Assembly: GCA_049323975.1 (NCBI GenBank)
Contig: JBMOMY010000288.1
Coordinates: 1-58,087, forward strand
Direction: 5' to 3'
DNA length: 58,087 nucleotides
DNA from: Pseudomonadota bacterium
GTDB lineage: Bacteria > Pseudomonadota > Alphaproteobacteria > UBA11222
Under the pieces are notes generated by a model that was not told the DNA's origin, did no database searches, and saw only the letters and a list, made by a program, of their open reading frames with translations. The translations under genes and the position numbers were made by a program. Positions within the stretch are counted from its first letter, which is position 1; every line of letters begins with the position of its first letter. Shown here piece by piece: positions 39,687 through 49,347 of this stretch.

Positions 39687-40847
39687 ATGTCCAAACACCC
39701 TTGGCCTCCTTGTGTCTTACAGGTAATTCCGGCGCTTGATGCGGGCGGGGCGGAGCGCGCCTGTCTTGATATAGCAGGGGCGGTCCGCGCCCAGGGCGGG
39801 CGGGCGCTGGTGGCGTCCACCGGCGGCAGACTGTCCGCTGAACTGGCCGAAATGGGCGGGGAGGAGGTGATCCTGCCCATGGCCAGCAAAAACCCGCTGA
39901 TCGTTCTGGCGAACGCCTTCCGTCTTGCCCGGCTGATTCGCGCGCAAGGGGTTGATCTGGTGCATGCCCGTTCCCGCGCACCCGCCTGGAGCGCCTGGAT
40001 CGCAGCGCGCATGACCGGCACGCCCTTCGTCACCACCTTTCACGGATTTTACAGCGCAGGCAATCCGCTGAAGCGGTTCTACAACCGGATCATGCTGCGC
40101 GGCGCACGGGTGATCGCCGGATCGCATTTCATGGCGGACCATATCCGCGCCGTCTATCAACCGCCAGAGGACCCTGTAGCCGTGATCCACCGCGGCATTG
40201 ATCTGCGCAAATTCGACCCCCTCGCCGTGAGCCCGGATCGCATTGCCGCCCTGCGCAGGGAATGGCGCATTCCCGCAGAAAGCCGGATTGCGCTTCTGCC
40301 GGCGCGCCTGACCCGATGGAAGGGGCAGATCCTGTTTCTCGAAGCCCTGGCCAAACTGGACCCTCCGGCTGATTTGATCGCCGTACTGGCCGGAGACGCG
40401 CAGGGGCGGAACGCCTATGCGCAGGAGATTGCGGACCAGACCTGCCGGCTGGGCCTGGAGGACAGGGTGAGGATTGTGGGCAATGTGGCGGACATGCCGG
40501 CCGCCTATGCCGCCGCGGAGATCGCCGTCTCCGCCTCCCTGGATGCGGAAGCGTTTGGCCGCGTGCCGGTCGAAGCCATGGCGATGGGCTGCACGGTCGT
40601 CGCGGCCGATCACGGCGGGGTTTCGGAAACTCTGCGCCAACCGGATGGCGGCCAGTCCTTCGGCCATCTCTTTGCGCCAGGCGACAGGGACCAGCTTTCC
40701 GAAGCGCTTCAGCGCGCTGCGGCGGGCCCGAAGGGAGGCGGCCCCGAACGGATTGCGGCCGCCCGCCGTCATGTGGAAAAAAAATATTCCACCGCACAGA
40801 TGTGCGCAGCTACATTGACGCTCTATCGTGACATATTGCAGGAATGA
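39687..40847 (+). CDS. family 4 glycosyltransferase (GT-B)
   Basis: LQVIPALDAGGAER at the N-terminus and the C-terminal EAFGRVPVEAMAMGCTVVAADHGG (E-x7-E-like) block. An alternative start lies at 39669. Confidence 0.85.
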   Translation: MSKHPWPPCVLQVIPALDAGGAERACLDIAGAVRAQGGRALVASTGGRLSAELAEMGGEEVILPMASKNPLIVLANAFRLARLIRAQGVDLVHARSRAPAWSAWIAARMTGTPFVTTFHGFYSAGNPLKRFYNRIMLRGARVIAGSHFMADHIRAVYQPPEDPVAVIHRGIDLRKFDPLAVSPDRIAALRREWRIPAESRIALLPARLTRWKGQILFLEALAKLDPPADLIAVLAGDAQGRNAYAQEIADQTCRLGLEDRVRIVGNVADMPAAYAAAEIAVSASLDAEAFGRVPVEAMAMGCTVVAADHGGVSETLRQPDGGQSFGHLFAPGDRDQLSEALQRAAAGPKGGGPERIAAARRHVEKKYSTAQMCAATLTLYRDILQE

Positions 40848-41764
40848 AACAGCGCATCCTGGTCATCAAGCTTGGCGCTCTTGGGGATTTCATCCTGGCT
40901 ATGGGTCCCTTCAAGGCGATTCGCCATCATCACGCGGGCGCCCATATCACCCTACTGACCACGCCCCCTTATGCGGAATTGGGTCACGCCTGCGGTTATT
41001 TCGACGAGATTCTGCCCATTGGCCGTCCTGCAAAACGCGATCTTTCCGGATTATGGCGCCTGATCCGCGCCTTGCGGCAAGGACGTTTCGACCGGGTCTA
41101 TGATTTGCAGACCTCTACCCGCTCCAGCTTTTACCGCTATTTCATTCCCGGGGCGGAGTGGTCGGGGATCGCCCGCGGCTGCAGCCATCCGCACGCCAAC
41201 CCGAACCGGAGCCGCATGCATAGCCGGGAGCGCCAGGCGGAACAGCTGGCCATGGCGGGCATTGACGCCGTGCCGCCCCCCGATCTGTCCTGGGGAAGCG
41301 CAGACATCAGCCATTTCAACCTGCCGGCAAGGGGATACGCCCTGCTGGTTCCTGGCGGTTCCGCGCACCGGCCGGAAAAACGCTGGCCGGTGGAGCATTA
41401 CGCCGAACTGGCGTTCTGGCTGATGGAGCAGGGGGTGCGGCCGCTGATTCTGGGATCAGGGCCGGAGCAGGAGCTGGCGGAATCCATCGAGGCCCGGTGC
41501 CCCGAAGCGCTGAGCCTCGTCGACCGCACGAATTTTCAGGAAATCATCACCCTGGCCCGGCATGCGAAACTGGCCATCGGCAATGACACCGGCCCCATGC
41601 ATCTCATTGCGGCGGCCGACGGCTGCCCCTGTCTGGTCCTGTTTTCAGCCGCCTCTGATCCCGCGCGCTGCGCCCCCAGAGGGGAAAATGTGATTATTCT
41701 GCAGCGCGACCCCCTCGCCAGCCTCAGTGTCGGCGAGGTAACATCTCTTGCAGATCTTCATTAA
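40844..41764 (+). CDS. family 9 glycosyltransferase (LPS heptosyltransferase-like)
   Basis: 306 aa. ILVIKLGALGDFI, RWPVEHYAEL and IGNDTGPMHLIAA motifs. ATGA overlap with the GT4 gene. Confidence 0.85.
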   Translation: MKQRILVIKLGALGDFILAMGPFKAIRHHHAGAHITLLTTPPYAELGHACGYFDEILPIGRPAKRDLSGLWRLIRALRQGRFDRVYDLQTSTRSSFYRYFIPGAEWSGIARGCSHPHANPNRSRMHSRERQAEQLAMAGIDAVPPPDLSWGSADISHFNLPARGYALLVPGGSAHRPEKRWPVEHYAELAFWLMEQGVRPLILGSGPEQELAESIEARCPEALSLVDRTNFQEIITLARHAKLAIGNDTGPMHLIAAADGCPCLVLFSAASDPARCAPRGENVIILQRDPLASLSVGEVTSLADLH

Positions 41765-41851
41765 GCCAGACATTTGCGAAAAGTTTCACTTGCGCTTAAC
41801 TTGTGGGTGAATATTGTCTGAACAGATCACGTTAACAAAGGAGAACGTTAC

Positions 41852-42388
41852 ATAGTTCGTCGACCAGTCGCAGCGCCGCCGTCCCGAGAGGGTCCGCGCG
41901 TTAATGAAGAAATAGATGCGCCTAAAGTCAGGCTCATCGATGGCACGGGAGAACAGGTGGGTGTGGTGACCACCCGGGCGGCGATACAGGCCGCTTTAGA
42001 TGCGGGACTGGATCTCGTGGAAGTCTCCCCGAATGTCGATCCCCCGGTATGCAAATTGCTGGATTACGGACGCTTCAAATATCAGGCCCAAAAAAAGGCC
42101 AATGAAGCCCGCAAGAAGCAGAAAGTCATCGAAATCAAGGAAATCAAGATGCGGCCCACCATCGACACCCACGATTACGGGGTGAAGATGAAGGCGATCC
42201 AGCGCTTCTTCGAGGAAGGCGACAAGGTCAAGGTCACCATCCGCTTCCGTGGCCGGGAACTGGCCCATCAGGAACTGGGCATGCGCCTGCTCGAGCGGGT
42301 GCAGACCGACACTTCCGAAAAGGCGAAGGTGGAGCAATTTCCAAAAATGGAAGGCCGCCAGATGACCATGGTAATGGCCCCGAAATAG
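41852..42388 (+). CDS. infC: translation initiation factor IF-3 with a non-canonical ATA start
   Basis: The frame is open from 41822. Residues upstream of the first canonical start (GTG 41957) read [20 protein letters not shown], which is the conserved IF-3 N-domain. AGGAG lies 8 nt before the ATA at 41852. There is no ATG/GTG/TTG in frame between 41822 and 41957. Confidence 0.85.
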   Translation: MVRRPVAAPPSREGPRVNEEIDAPKVRLIDGTGEQVGVVTTRAAIQAALDAGLDLVEVSPNVDPPVCKLLDYGRFKYQAQKKANEARKKQKVIEIKEIKMRPTIDTHDYGVKMKAIQRFFEEGDKVKVTIRFRGRELAHQELGMRLLERVQTDTSEKAKVEQFPKMEGRQMTMVMAPK

Positions 42389-42475
42389 GGAAATGGCGTC
42401 AGACGCCAGTGGTCTTTATGGTTCTGGCATTCGTAAACAGGCACGCCAAAACGGAATGCGAATGTTAGAACCGGA

Positions 42476-43420
42476 TCACTCGCGCCCGGCCAGGAATTTT
42501 TCCGCTTCCAGCGCCGCCATGCACCCCATGCCCGCCGCCGTCACCGCCTGACGGAAAACCTTATCCGTGACGTCTCCCGCGGCGAACACCCCGGGAATGC
42601 CGGTGGCGGTCGAATCCGGGGATTTCAGCAGATAACCCTCTTTATCCATTGGCAGATGCCCCTGGAAAACACCGGTCGCCGGGCTGTGTCCGATGGCGAT
42701 AAAAACCCCGTGCGCCGCAACTTCCTGCATAGCCCCGGTCTTGACATTGCGCAGGCGCGCGCCCGTGACCCCGGGGGGATCCTGCGTTCCCAGAATTTCA
42801 TCGATAACGCTGTTCCAGATGAAGCCGACCTTTGGATTGGCGAAAAGACGGTTCTGCAGGATCTTTTCCGAGCGCAGGGTATCGCGCCGGTGAACGAGGG
42901 TTACCCTGCTGGCGAAATTGGTCAGAAAAAGCGCTTCTTCCACCGCCGTATTGCCGCCACCCACCACCAGCACTTCCCGCCCGCGGTAAAAGAACCCGTC
43001 ACAGGTGGCGCAGGCCGAAACCCCAAATCCCTTGAAGCGCGTTTCCGACGGCAGGCCCAACCAGCGCGCCTGCGCGCCGGTGGCGATAATCACTGCATCG
43101 GCAGTGTAGACATCCCCGCTATCCCCCGTGCAGGTAAAGGGACGTGAGGAGAAATCCACGCTGGCGATGAAATCATTGATCAGCCGCGCGCCGACATGCG
43201 CCGCCTGATCGCGCATCTGTTCCATCAGCCAGGGGCCCTGAATGGTTTCAGCGAAACCCGGATAGTTTTCCACATCCGTGGTGATGGTGAGCTGACCTCC
43301 CTGATCCAGCCCGGTCACCAACAGGGGCTCCAGCATCGCGCGCGCGCCGTAAATGGCGGCCGTGTACCCGGCCGGACCAGATCCGATGATCAGCAGGCGC
43401 GTATGATGGCGGACGGACAT
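42476..43420 (-). CDS. trxB: thioredoxin-disulfide reductase
   Basis: LLIIGSGPAGYTAAIY, the redox centre ACATCDG, and GGGNTAVEEA. Start set at MSVRHH (43420); the track start is 43459. Confidence 0.95.
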   Translation of the reverse strand: MSVRHHTRLLIIGSGPAGYTAAIYGARAMLEPLLVTGLDQGGQLTITTDVENYPGFAETIQGPWLMEQMRDQAAHVGARLINDFIASVDFSSRPFTCTGDSGDVYTADAVIIATGAQARWLGLPSETRFKGFGVSACATCDGFFYRGREVLVVGGGNTAVEEALFLTNFASRVTLVHRRDTLRSEKILQNRLFANPKVGFIWNSVIDEILGTQDPPGVTGARLRNVKTGAMQEVAAHGVFIAIGHSPATGVFQGHLPMDKEGYLLKSPDSTATGIPGVFAAGDVTDKVFRQAVTAAGMGCMAALEAEKFLAGRE

Positions 43421-43465
43421 TGTGTCACTTTCTGGTTTTTTGGATTTCTGGAGTATCACATCAGT

Positions 43466-43699
43466 CTATTTGGAGCGAATTTCCTGCAGCGCCTCGTTGA
43501 TCTTGAACAGCACGATGATCAATTCGCACCAGAGCCTGGCGGCAAACGCCCCGCCGATGATCACGGAGATTCCGGAGAAGAAGCCGCTGGCGTAAATGGT
43601 TCCAATACCGCCGAAAACAGCGAAGGCCAGCAGCAGCCAGTAAAAGAAAGTAATGACCTTCGGAAGCAGCATCTTATCCAGAAAAAACAGGTCGCGCAT
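43466..43699 (-). CDS. DUF4282-like small membrane protein
   Basis: 77 aa with two hydrophobic helices. FLDKMLLPKVITFFYWL is typical of DUF4282. Confidence 0.65.
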   Translation of the reverse strand: MRDLFFLDKMLLPKVITFFYWLLLAFAVFGGIGTIYASGFFSGISVIIGGAFAARLWCELIIVLFKINEALQEIRSK

Positions 43700-43745
43700 G
43701 GTTTTCCATTGTCTCCCGTCAAAAAGGCTTCATGTCAGATTCCGG

Positions 43746-44591
43746 TTATTCATCCGCGGACGGATTCATCATGTCAGGATGCGGCATGCCAATAATGTTA
43801 TAACCCGCGTCCACATAATGAACCTCGCCTGTGACGCCCGCGGAAAGATCACTGAGCAGATAAAGCCCGGCCCCTCCCAGATGCGCAAGATCCACATTCA
43901 TCCGCAGGGGTGAATGTTCCCGGGAGGTGCGGTACACATAACGCGCCGACCCGATGGCGGAGCCCGCCAGGGTGCGCATCGGGCCCGCAGATATGGCGTT
44001 CACCCGGACCCCCTGCGGGCCGAGATCAGCGGCGAGATAACGAACGCTCGCCTCCAGCGCCGCCTTGGCCACCCCCATGACATTGTAATCCGGCATCACC
44101 TTGACCGAGCCCATATAGGTGAGCGTAACGATGGCGCCGCCATTTTTCATCAGCGGCGCGGCGCGGCGCGCCACCTCGTTCAGGGAGAAACAGGATATAT
44201 CCATGGTGTGCAGGAAATTCTCCCGCGTCGTATCCAGAAACCGGCCTTTCAGTTCATCCTTGTCGGAATAGGCTATGGCGTGCACGATAAAATCGATCTG
44301 TCCCCATACGGTCTCCAGCATGGCGAAAACCTTGTCAAGGCTGACGCGGTCGGAGACGTCGCAGGGCACCATCAGGCTGGAGCCAACCGAATCCGCCAGC
44401 GGCTGCAAGCGTTTTCCGAAGGCTTCATTCTGATAGGTGAAAGCCATTTCCGCGCCATGCGCGCCCAGCGCCTGGGCGATTCCCCAGGCGATGGAATGAT
44501 CGTTGGCGATGCCCATTACCAGTCCGCGCTTGCCGTTCATCAGCTTTCCGGGGAGTGGCGGCTGCGCGGATTCGCTGGTCAGGCTTGACAT
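43746..44591 (-). CDS. fabI: enoyl-[acyl-carrier-protein] reductase (NADH) FabI
   Basis: 281 aa. GKRGLVMGIANDHSIAWGIA, YMGS...YNVMGVAKAALE (Y-x6-K) and ISAGPMRTLA. Confidence 0.93.
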   Translation of the reverse strand: MSSLTSESAQPPLPGKLMNGKRGLVMGIANDHSIAWGIAQALGAHGAEMAFTYQNEAFGKRLQPLADSVGSSLMVPCDVSDRVSLDKVFAMLETVWGQIDFIVHAIAYSDKDELKGRFLDTTRENFLHTMDISCFSLNEVARRAAPLMKNGGAIVTLTYMGSVKVMPDYNVMGVAKAALEASVRYLAADLGPQGVRVNAISAGPMRTLAGSAIGSARYVYRTSREHSPLRMNVDLAHLGGAGLYLLSDLSAGVTGEVHYVDAGYNIIGMPHPDMMNPSADE

Positions 44592-44609
44592 TGCCGGTTC
44601 CCCCGCGTT

Positions 44610-45827
44610 TCAGGACAGACGTGAAAAAGCGAGGCAGGCATTGGTGCCGCCGAATCCGAAACTGTTCGACATCACCGTGTCCAGTTTCGCATTATCAATC
44701 CGTGTACGGACAATAGGCATGCCTCCGGCAAGAGGGTCCAGATCTTCTATGTTGGCGGAGATGCAGACGAACTGGTTGTTCAGCATCAGGAGGGAATAGA
44801 TCGCCTCATGAACGCCGGTTGCGCCCTGGCTGTGGCCGGTGAGGGATTTGGTGGAGCTGATGGGAGGAATCGCCGCGCCGAACACGTCGCGAATCGCCTC
44901 CAGCTCCCTGGTGTCGCCGATCGGCGTCGACGTGCCATGAGCGTTGATGTAATCGACCGGACCTTTCAGACCCGCCATCGCCATGCGCATACAGCGCGCC
45001 GCCCCTTCGCCGGATGGCTGGACCATATCAGCGCCGTCGGAGGTTGCGCCATATCCCGTCAGTTCGCCATAGATCTTCGCCCCGCGCGCCCTGGCGTGCT
45101 CAAGCTCCTCCAGCACCAGACAGCCGCCGCCGCCGGATATGACAAAACCGTCCCGATTCACGTCATAGGCGCGCGACGCTTTTTCAGGCGTGGAATTGTA
45201 TTTGCTGGAAAGCGCGCCCATGGCGTCGAACAGCACGGTCAGGGTCCAGTCCAGTTCCTCTCCGCCGCCTGCGAACATGACATCCTGTTTACCGAGCTGG
45301 ATCTGCTCTGCGGCCGCGCCGATGCAATGGGCGCTGGTAGCGCAGGCGGAGGAGATGGTGTAATTCAGCCCCCTGATCTGAAAGGCGGTGGCGAGATTGG
45401 CCGAGGTGCTGCTGGACATGTTGCGCGGCACCATGAAGGGGCCAACCTTTTTGGCCCCCTTTTCCCGGGCTGTATCACAGGCCAGCAGAATGTTATGGGT
45501 GGAAGGCCCGCCCGAACCTACAATGATCCCGGTGCGTTCGTTGCTGATTTCGTTTTGCGCCAGTCCTGAATCGCGGATCGCCTGATCCATCGCCACATAG
45601 GCGTAGGCCGCCGCATCGCCCATGAACCGCTTCAGCTTCCGGTCAACCGCATCCTCAAGATCGATCTTCAACGTCCCCGCCACCTGGCTGCGGAATCCCA
45701 TTTCACGGTAGAGTTCGCAGGGTTCGACGCCGGAACGCCCCTCGCGCAGGCTGGCCAGAACCTGCTGCGTGTTGTTGCCAATGCTGGAAACGATCCCCAT
45801 GCCGGTAACGACGACACGTCTCATCAC
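44610..45827 (-). CDS. fabB: beta-ketoacyl-ACP synthase I
   Basis: 405 aa. [12 protein letters not shown], active-site SSACATS, HGTSTP.GD and NSFGFGGTN. Genomic linkage to fabA. Confidence 0.92.
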   Translation of the reverse strand: MMRRVVVTGMGIVSSIGNNTQQVLASLREGRSGVEPCELYREMGFRSQVAGTLKIDLEDAVDRKLKRFMGDAAAYAYVAMDQAIRDSGLAQNEISNERTGIIVGSGGPSTHNILLACDTAREKGAKKVGPFMVPRNMSSSTSANLATAFQIRGLNYTISSACATSAHCIGAAAEQIQLGKQDVMFAGGGEELDWTLTVLFDAMGALSSKYNSTPEKASRAYDVNRDGFVISGGGGCLVLEELEHARARGAKIYGELTGYGATSDGADMVQPSGEGAARCMRMAMAGLKGPVDYINAHGTSTPIGDTRELEAIRDVFGAAIPPISSTKSLTGHSQGATGVHEAIYSLLMLNNQFVCISANIEDLDPLAGGMPIVRTRIDNAKLDTVMSNSFGFGGTNACLAFSRLS

Positions 45828-45836
45828 GCCCTCCTT

Positions 45837-46358
45837 TTACGCTGCCGTGAACAGGCCGACCTTCAGATCTTCGGCGCGCATGATCTCAATTCCATCCACA
45901 AGCGCCACGCCATCGGCGATTCCCATCACCAGTTTGCGGTTGATCACCCGTTTCAGATCAAGACGGTAGGTCACGAGCTTGTGTTTCGGCTCCACCATAT
46001 TACTTAAACGCACTTCGCCAACCCCCAGCGCGCGGCCGCGACCTTTCGCCCCCAGCCAGCCCAGGAAAAACCCCACAAGCTGCCACAGGGCGTCCAGCCC
46101 CAGGCAACCTGGCATTACCGGGTCTCCTTCAAAATGGCAGCCGAAAAACCACAGATCCGGACGGATATCGAGTTCCGCAACAACTTCGCCTTTGCCATGT
46201 ACGCCGCCGGTATCCGCGATCCGGGTGATCCGGTCGAACATCAGCATGGGCGGCAGCGGCAACTGCGCATTGCCCGGACCAAACATCCGGCCATGACCGC
46301 AATTCAGCAAATCCTCATAATCCAGTTTGGCCGGCCTGATCGGCATCCCATTTCCCAT
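45837..46358 (-). CDS. fabA: 3-hydroxydecanoyl-ACP dehydratase/isomerase
   Basis: 173 aa. [32 protein letters not shown] and GFFLGWLG. Confidence 0.95.
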   Translation of the reverse strand: MGNGMPIRPAKLDYEDLLNCGHGRMFGPGNAQLPLPPMLMFDRITRIADTGGVHGKGEVVAELDIRPDLWFFGCHFEGDPVMPGCLGLDALWQLVGFFLGWLGAKGRGRALGVGEVRLSNMVEPKHKLVTYRLDLKRVINRKLVMGIADGVALVDGIEIMRAEDLKVGLFTAA

Positions 46359-46412
46359 GGATGTTCCTTCCCGCTGTCAGGTAACATATCGCTGCAACCG
46401 GCTACAAGCGGT

Positions 46413-48194
46413 TTACGCAAATCCCTCATCGCCCGCCAGTTTCAGTGCGGTTTCCAGGTCGTCGGCGAACTGGAGGGGAGATGAAGCGGCGCCGATTTCC
46501 ATCTGTTTCAGAACCTGACGCGGCTGTGGCTGAATGCCTGTGACAATCACCCGGACGCCATGGATGTGGCAACGGTGCAGGAATTGCTCCAGCGCCCCAA
46601 CGCCCGTCGCATCGATCATGGGAACGTCACGCAGACCAAGTATTAAAACCTCCGGCCAACGGCCGGCCATGGCGTCCAGATTGTCCCCGAGACGCGACGC
46701 ATTACCGAAAAAAAGCGGCCCCCTCAACCGTAACAGTTCTATCCCCTGGGGTAAGGAGGGTCGCTGATAGACGCCATTTTCTCTCCGATGGATGAAATCG
46801 TCCCGATCATGCTCCCACAGCGCGACGCCACTATCCGCCGTGTCAAGCTGGGACATCCGGTGCATGAACAGGATCGCGGCAAGAACAACCCCGGTTTCGA
46901 TGGCGAGGGTAAGATCGGCAAGCACCGTCAGACCGAAAGTGAGCAGCAGCACCATCCGGTCCCCGGGGGGAGAACGCATCAATCCGCGGAATTTGTCAAT
47001 CTCACTCATATTCCAGGCGACCATGACCAGAATGGCCGCCAGCGAGGTCAGCGGAATAAACGCCGCCAGAGGCGACAGGAACAGCACAAAAAGCAGGATG
47101 AAGATAGCGTGGAGCATGCCCGATATAGGTGAGCGCGCTCCGGAACGTATATTGGTGGCGGTGCGCGCAATCGCCCCCGTGGCGGGCATGCCGCCAAACA
47201 GCGCCGAGGCAATATTGGCCGTGCCCTGCGCCACCAGTTCGCAGTTGGAGCGATGCCGCCGTCCGGTCATGCTGTCGGCCACCATGGCGGACAGAAGACT
47301 CTCAACGCCCGCAAGAAAAGCGATGGTGAAGGCGCCCGGCAACAATTCAACCATGCGGGGCAGGGTAATTTCGGGCCATTGCGGCGCCGGCAGACTGGCG
47401 GAGATGCCGCCAAACCGCGATCCGATGGTCTCGACAGGCAGATGGAACAGATACACCACAAGTGATGCGCAGATCACCGCGATCAGAAAGGCGGGCAGCC
47501 TGGGCGCAAATCGACGCAGCAGGATGATCAGGGCAAGCGACGAAAAGCCCAGACCCACGGCCCAGGGGCTGAAAGTGCCGCGGGCATGCCAGAACGCCGC
47601 CCATTTCGCCAGAAAATCGGCAGGGGTAGTCGCGAGTGAAAGGCCCAGTAATTCGCCGATCTGACTGGAAAAAATGATCACGGCGATACCGGAGGTAAAA
47701 CCCGTCACCACAGGATCGGGAATGTATTTTATCCAGTCGCCGAAGCGCGCCCAGCCCGCCACCAGAAGCATCAGCCCCGCCATCAGCGTCGCCAGAATAA
47801 GCCCATCATAGCCATGGACATGAATGATGTTGAACACCACCACCACAAACGCGCCGGTTGGGCCGCCAATCTGAAAACGGCTTCCACCCAGCGCGGAAAT
47901 GAGGAATCCGGCGATGACCGCCGTCAGCAGACCCTTATCGGGTGTCGCGCCAGAAGCTATGGCCAGCGCCATGGCGAGCGGCAACGCCACGATGGCGACC
48001 GTCAAACCGGCGACAGCGTCGTCACGAAATCCCCTCGCCCCGTAGCCCTCGCGCAGAACCGTAATCGACTTTGGGACAAACAGACGCCAGGCCGGCGCTT
48101 CAGCCGGCATGGCCGTATCTTGCATGTTCATGCCAACCTCATGACTCCCGCAGGATTGCTTTATAGCATAATCCCCTTTAATAGATGTGGACAA
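46413..48194 (-). CDS. SulP-family anion transporter with C-terminal STAS domain
   Basis: 593 aa. AGLTVAIVALPLAMALA and the STAS block LRGPLFFGNA...DATGV. The true start may be the internal MNMQDT (48131). Confidence 0.88.
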   Translation of the reverse strand: MSTSIKGDYAIKQSCGSHEVGMNMQDTAMPAEAPAWRLFVPKSITVLREGYGARGFRDDAVAGLTVAIVALPLAMALAIASGATPDKGLLTAVIAGFLISALGGSRFQIGGPTGAFVVVVFNIIHVHGYDGLILATLMAGLMLLVAGWARFGDWIKYIPDPVVTGFTSGIAVIIFSSQIGELLGLSLATTPADFLAKWAAFWHARGTFSPWAVGLGFSSLALIILLRRFAPRLPAFLIAVICASLVVYLFHLPVETIGSRFGGISASLPAPQWPEITLPRMVELLPGAFTIAFLAGVESLLSAMVADSMTGRRHRSNCELVAQGTANIASALFGGMPATGAIARTATNIRSGARSPISGMLHAIFILLFVLFLSPLAAFIPLTSLAAILVMVAWNMSEIDKFRGLMRSPPGDRMVLLLTFGLTVLADLTLAIETGVVLAAILFMHRMSQLDTADSGVALWEHDRDDFIHRRENGVYQRPSLPQGIELLRLRGPLFFGNASRLGDNLDAMAGRWPEVLILGLRDVPMIDATGVGALEQFLHRCHIHGVRVIVTGIQPQPRQVLKQMEIGAASSPLQFADDLETALKLAGDEGFA

Positions 48195-48216
48195 ATGCTG
48201 GTAGCGTACCGATATT

Positions 48217-48648
48217 GTGATAATGGAAACAGTGGCGCCTTTCCCTTATAGGGACCCGTCTGAATTACTGCGCCGGGCCCGATTGCGTCCGACCCGTCAG
48301 CGCCTGGCGCTGGCGCGGCTTCTGTTCGCCGGCGGGCCGCGGCATGTGACCGCGGAATCCCTGTTCGCGGAAGCGCAAACCGCCAATGTGCGGCTTTCCC
48401 TGGCGACGGTCTACAACACGCTGCACCAATTCACCGAAGCCGGGCTGCTGCGTGAAGTTGTGGTCGATTCTTCCTGCACCTATTTTGATACTAACGTCAG
48501 TGAACACCACCATTTTTTCCATGAAGATCAAGGCGTTCTCACCGACATAGATGGTGAGGAAGTGAATATTCACGCCCTTCCCGCAGCCCCTGAAGGGACA
48601 AAAATTTCCAGGGTGGATGTCATTATCCGACTTTCCGGGCAGAAATAA
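48217..48648 (+). CDS. irr: Fur-family iron response regulator Irr
   Basis: 143 aa. The DNA-binding block RPTRQRLALARLLF...ATVYNTLHQFTEAGLL and the HHH motif in NVSEHHHFFHED are characteristic of Irr. It lies near fabA, as in other alphaproteobacteria. Confidence 0.85.
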   Translation: MIMETVAPFPYRDPSELLRRARLRPTRQRLALARLLFAGGPRHVTAESLFAEAQTANVRLSLATVYNTLHQFTEAGLLREVVVDSSCTYFDTNVSEHHHFFHEDQGVLTDIDGEEVNIHALPAAPEGTKISRVDVIIRLSGQK

Positions 48649-48666
48649 CGGAACGCCCGCCGTTTA

Positions 48667-48683
48667 TTTATAATAATTCTAAA
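48667..48683 (+). promoter_or_regulatory. ICE-like (iron control element) Irr operator
   Basis: TTTATAATAATTCTAAA versus the ICE consensus TTTAGAA-N3-TTCTAAA (one mismatch). It abuts the -35 box of the rubrerythrin promoter. Confidence 0.65.
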
Positions 48684-48686
48684 CTA

Positions 48687-48715
48687 TTGACGCGCGCACC
48701 TGAATGCCATATATT
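48687..48715 (+). promoter_or_regulatory. sigma70-type promoter (TTGACG-17 nt-TATATT) for the rubrerythrin gene
   Basis: Read directly from the sequence. It lies about 75 nt upstream of the ATG at 48789. Confidence 0.6.
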
Positions 48716-48788
48716 GCTATGGTAAACAGGCAAGCCGCCTTTCATCTAAACCGCCCATACAACTGGGCTCGCAGCAAGGAGTATCCCC

Positions 48789-49211
48789 ATGGCTGATCTC
48801 AAGACAAGCAAGACCCTGGAAAATCTGAAGGCCGCGTTTGCCGGTGAAAGCCAGGCCAACCGCCGTTATCTGTATTTCGCGCAAAAAGCCGACGTGGAAG
48901 GCTATAATGACGTGGCGGCGGTTTTCCGCTCCACCGCCGAAGGCGAAACCGGCCATGCCCATGGCCATCTGGAGTTCATGGAAACCGTTGGCGATCCCGC
49001 CACCGGCCTGCCCATCGGCGGCACGGCGAATAATCTGAAAGCCTCTGTCGCCGGCGAAACCCATGAATATACCGATATGTATCCAGGCATGGCGCGCACC
49101 GCCCGTGAAGAGGGCTTTGCGGAAATCGCCGACTGGTTCGAAACGCTCGCCAAAGCGGAAAAATCCCATGCCGGCCGTTTCACCAAGGCGCTCGGCACCC
49201 TCGACGGCTGA
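48789..49211 (+). CDS. rubrerythrin-family di-iron protein without a rubredoxin domain (erythrin-type)
   Basis: 140 aa. [25 protein letters not shown] and AEKSH ligand blocks. The protein has no cysteine, so the C-terminal Cys4 domain is absent. Confidence 0.9.
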   Translation: MADLKTSKTLENLKAAFAGESQANRRYLYFAQKADVEGYNDVAAVFRSTAEGETGHAHGHLEFMETVGDPATGLPIGGTANNLKASVAGETHEYTDMYPGMARTAREEGFAEIADWFETLAKAEKSHAGRFTKALGTLDG

Positions 49212-49347
49212 CGCCATCTGAACACGGAAATCTGTTTCTCCTTCATTCCGTGTATGAACCCACCCTGCCCCTTTCCGGGGCAGGCCAGGGCAGGAGCATC
49301 CGCACGCCATTTACAGAATCGTCCAGTATCTTAAAGAGGCGCATTTC

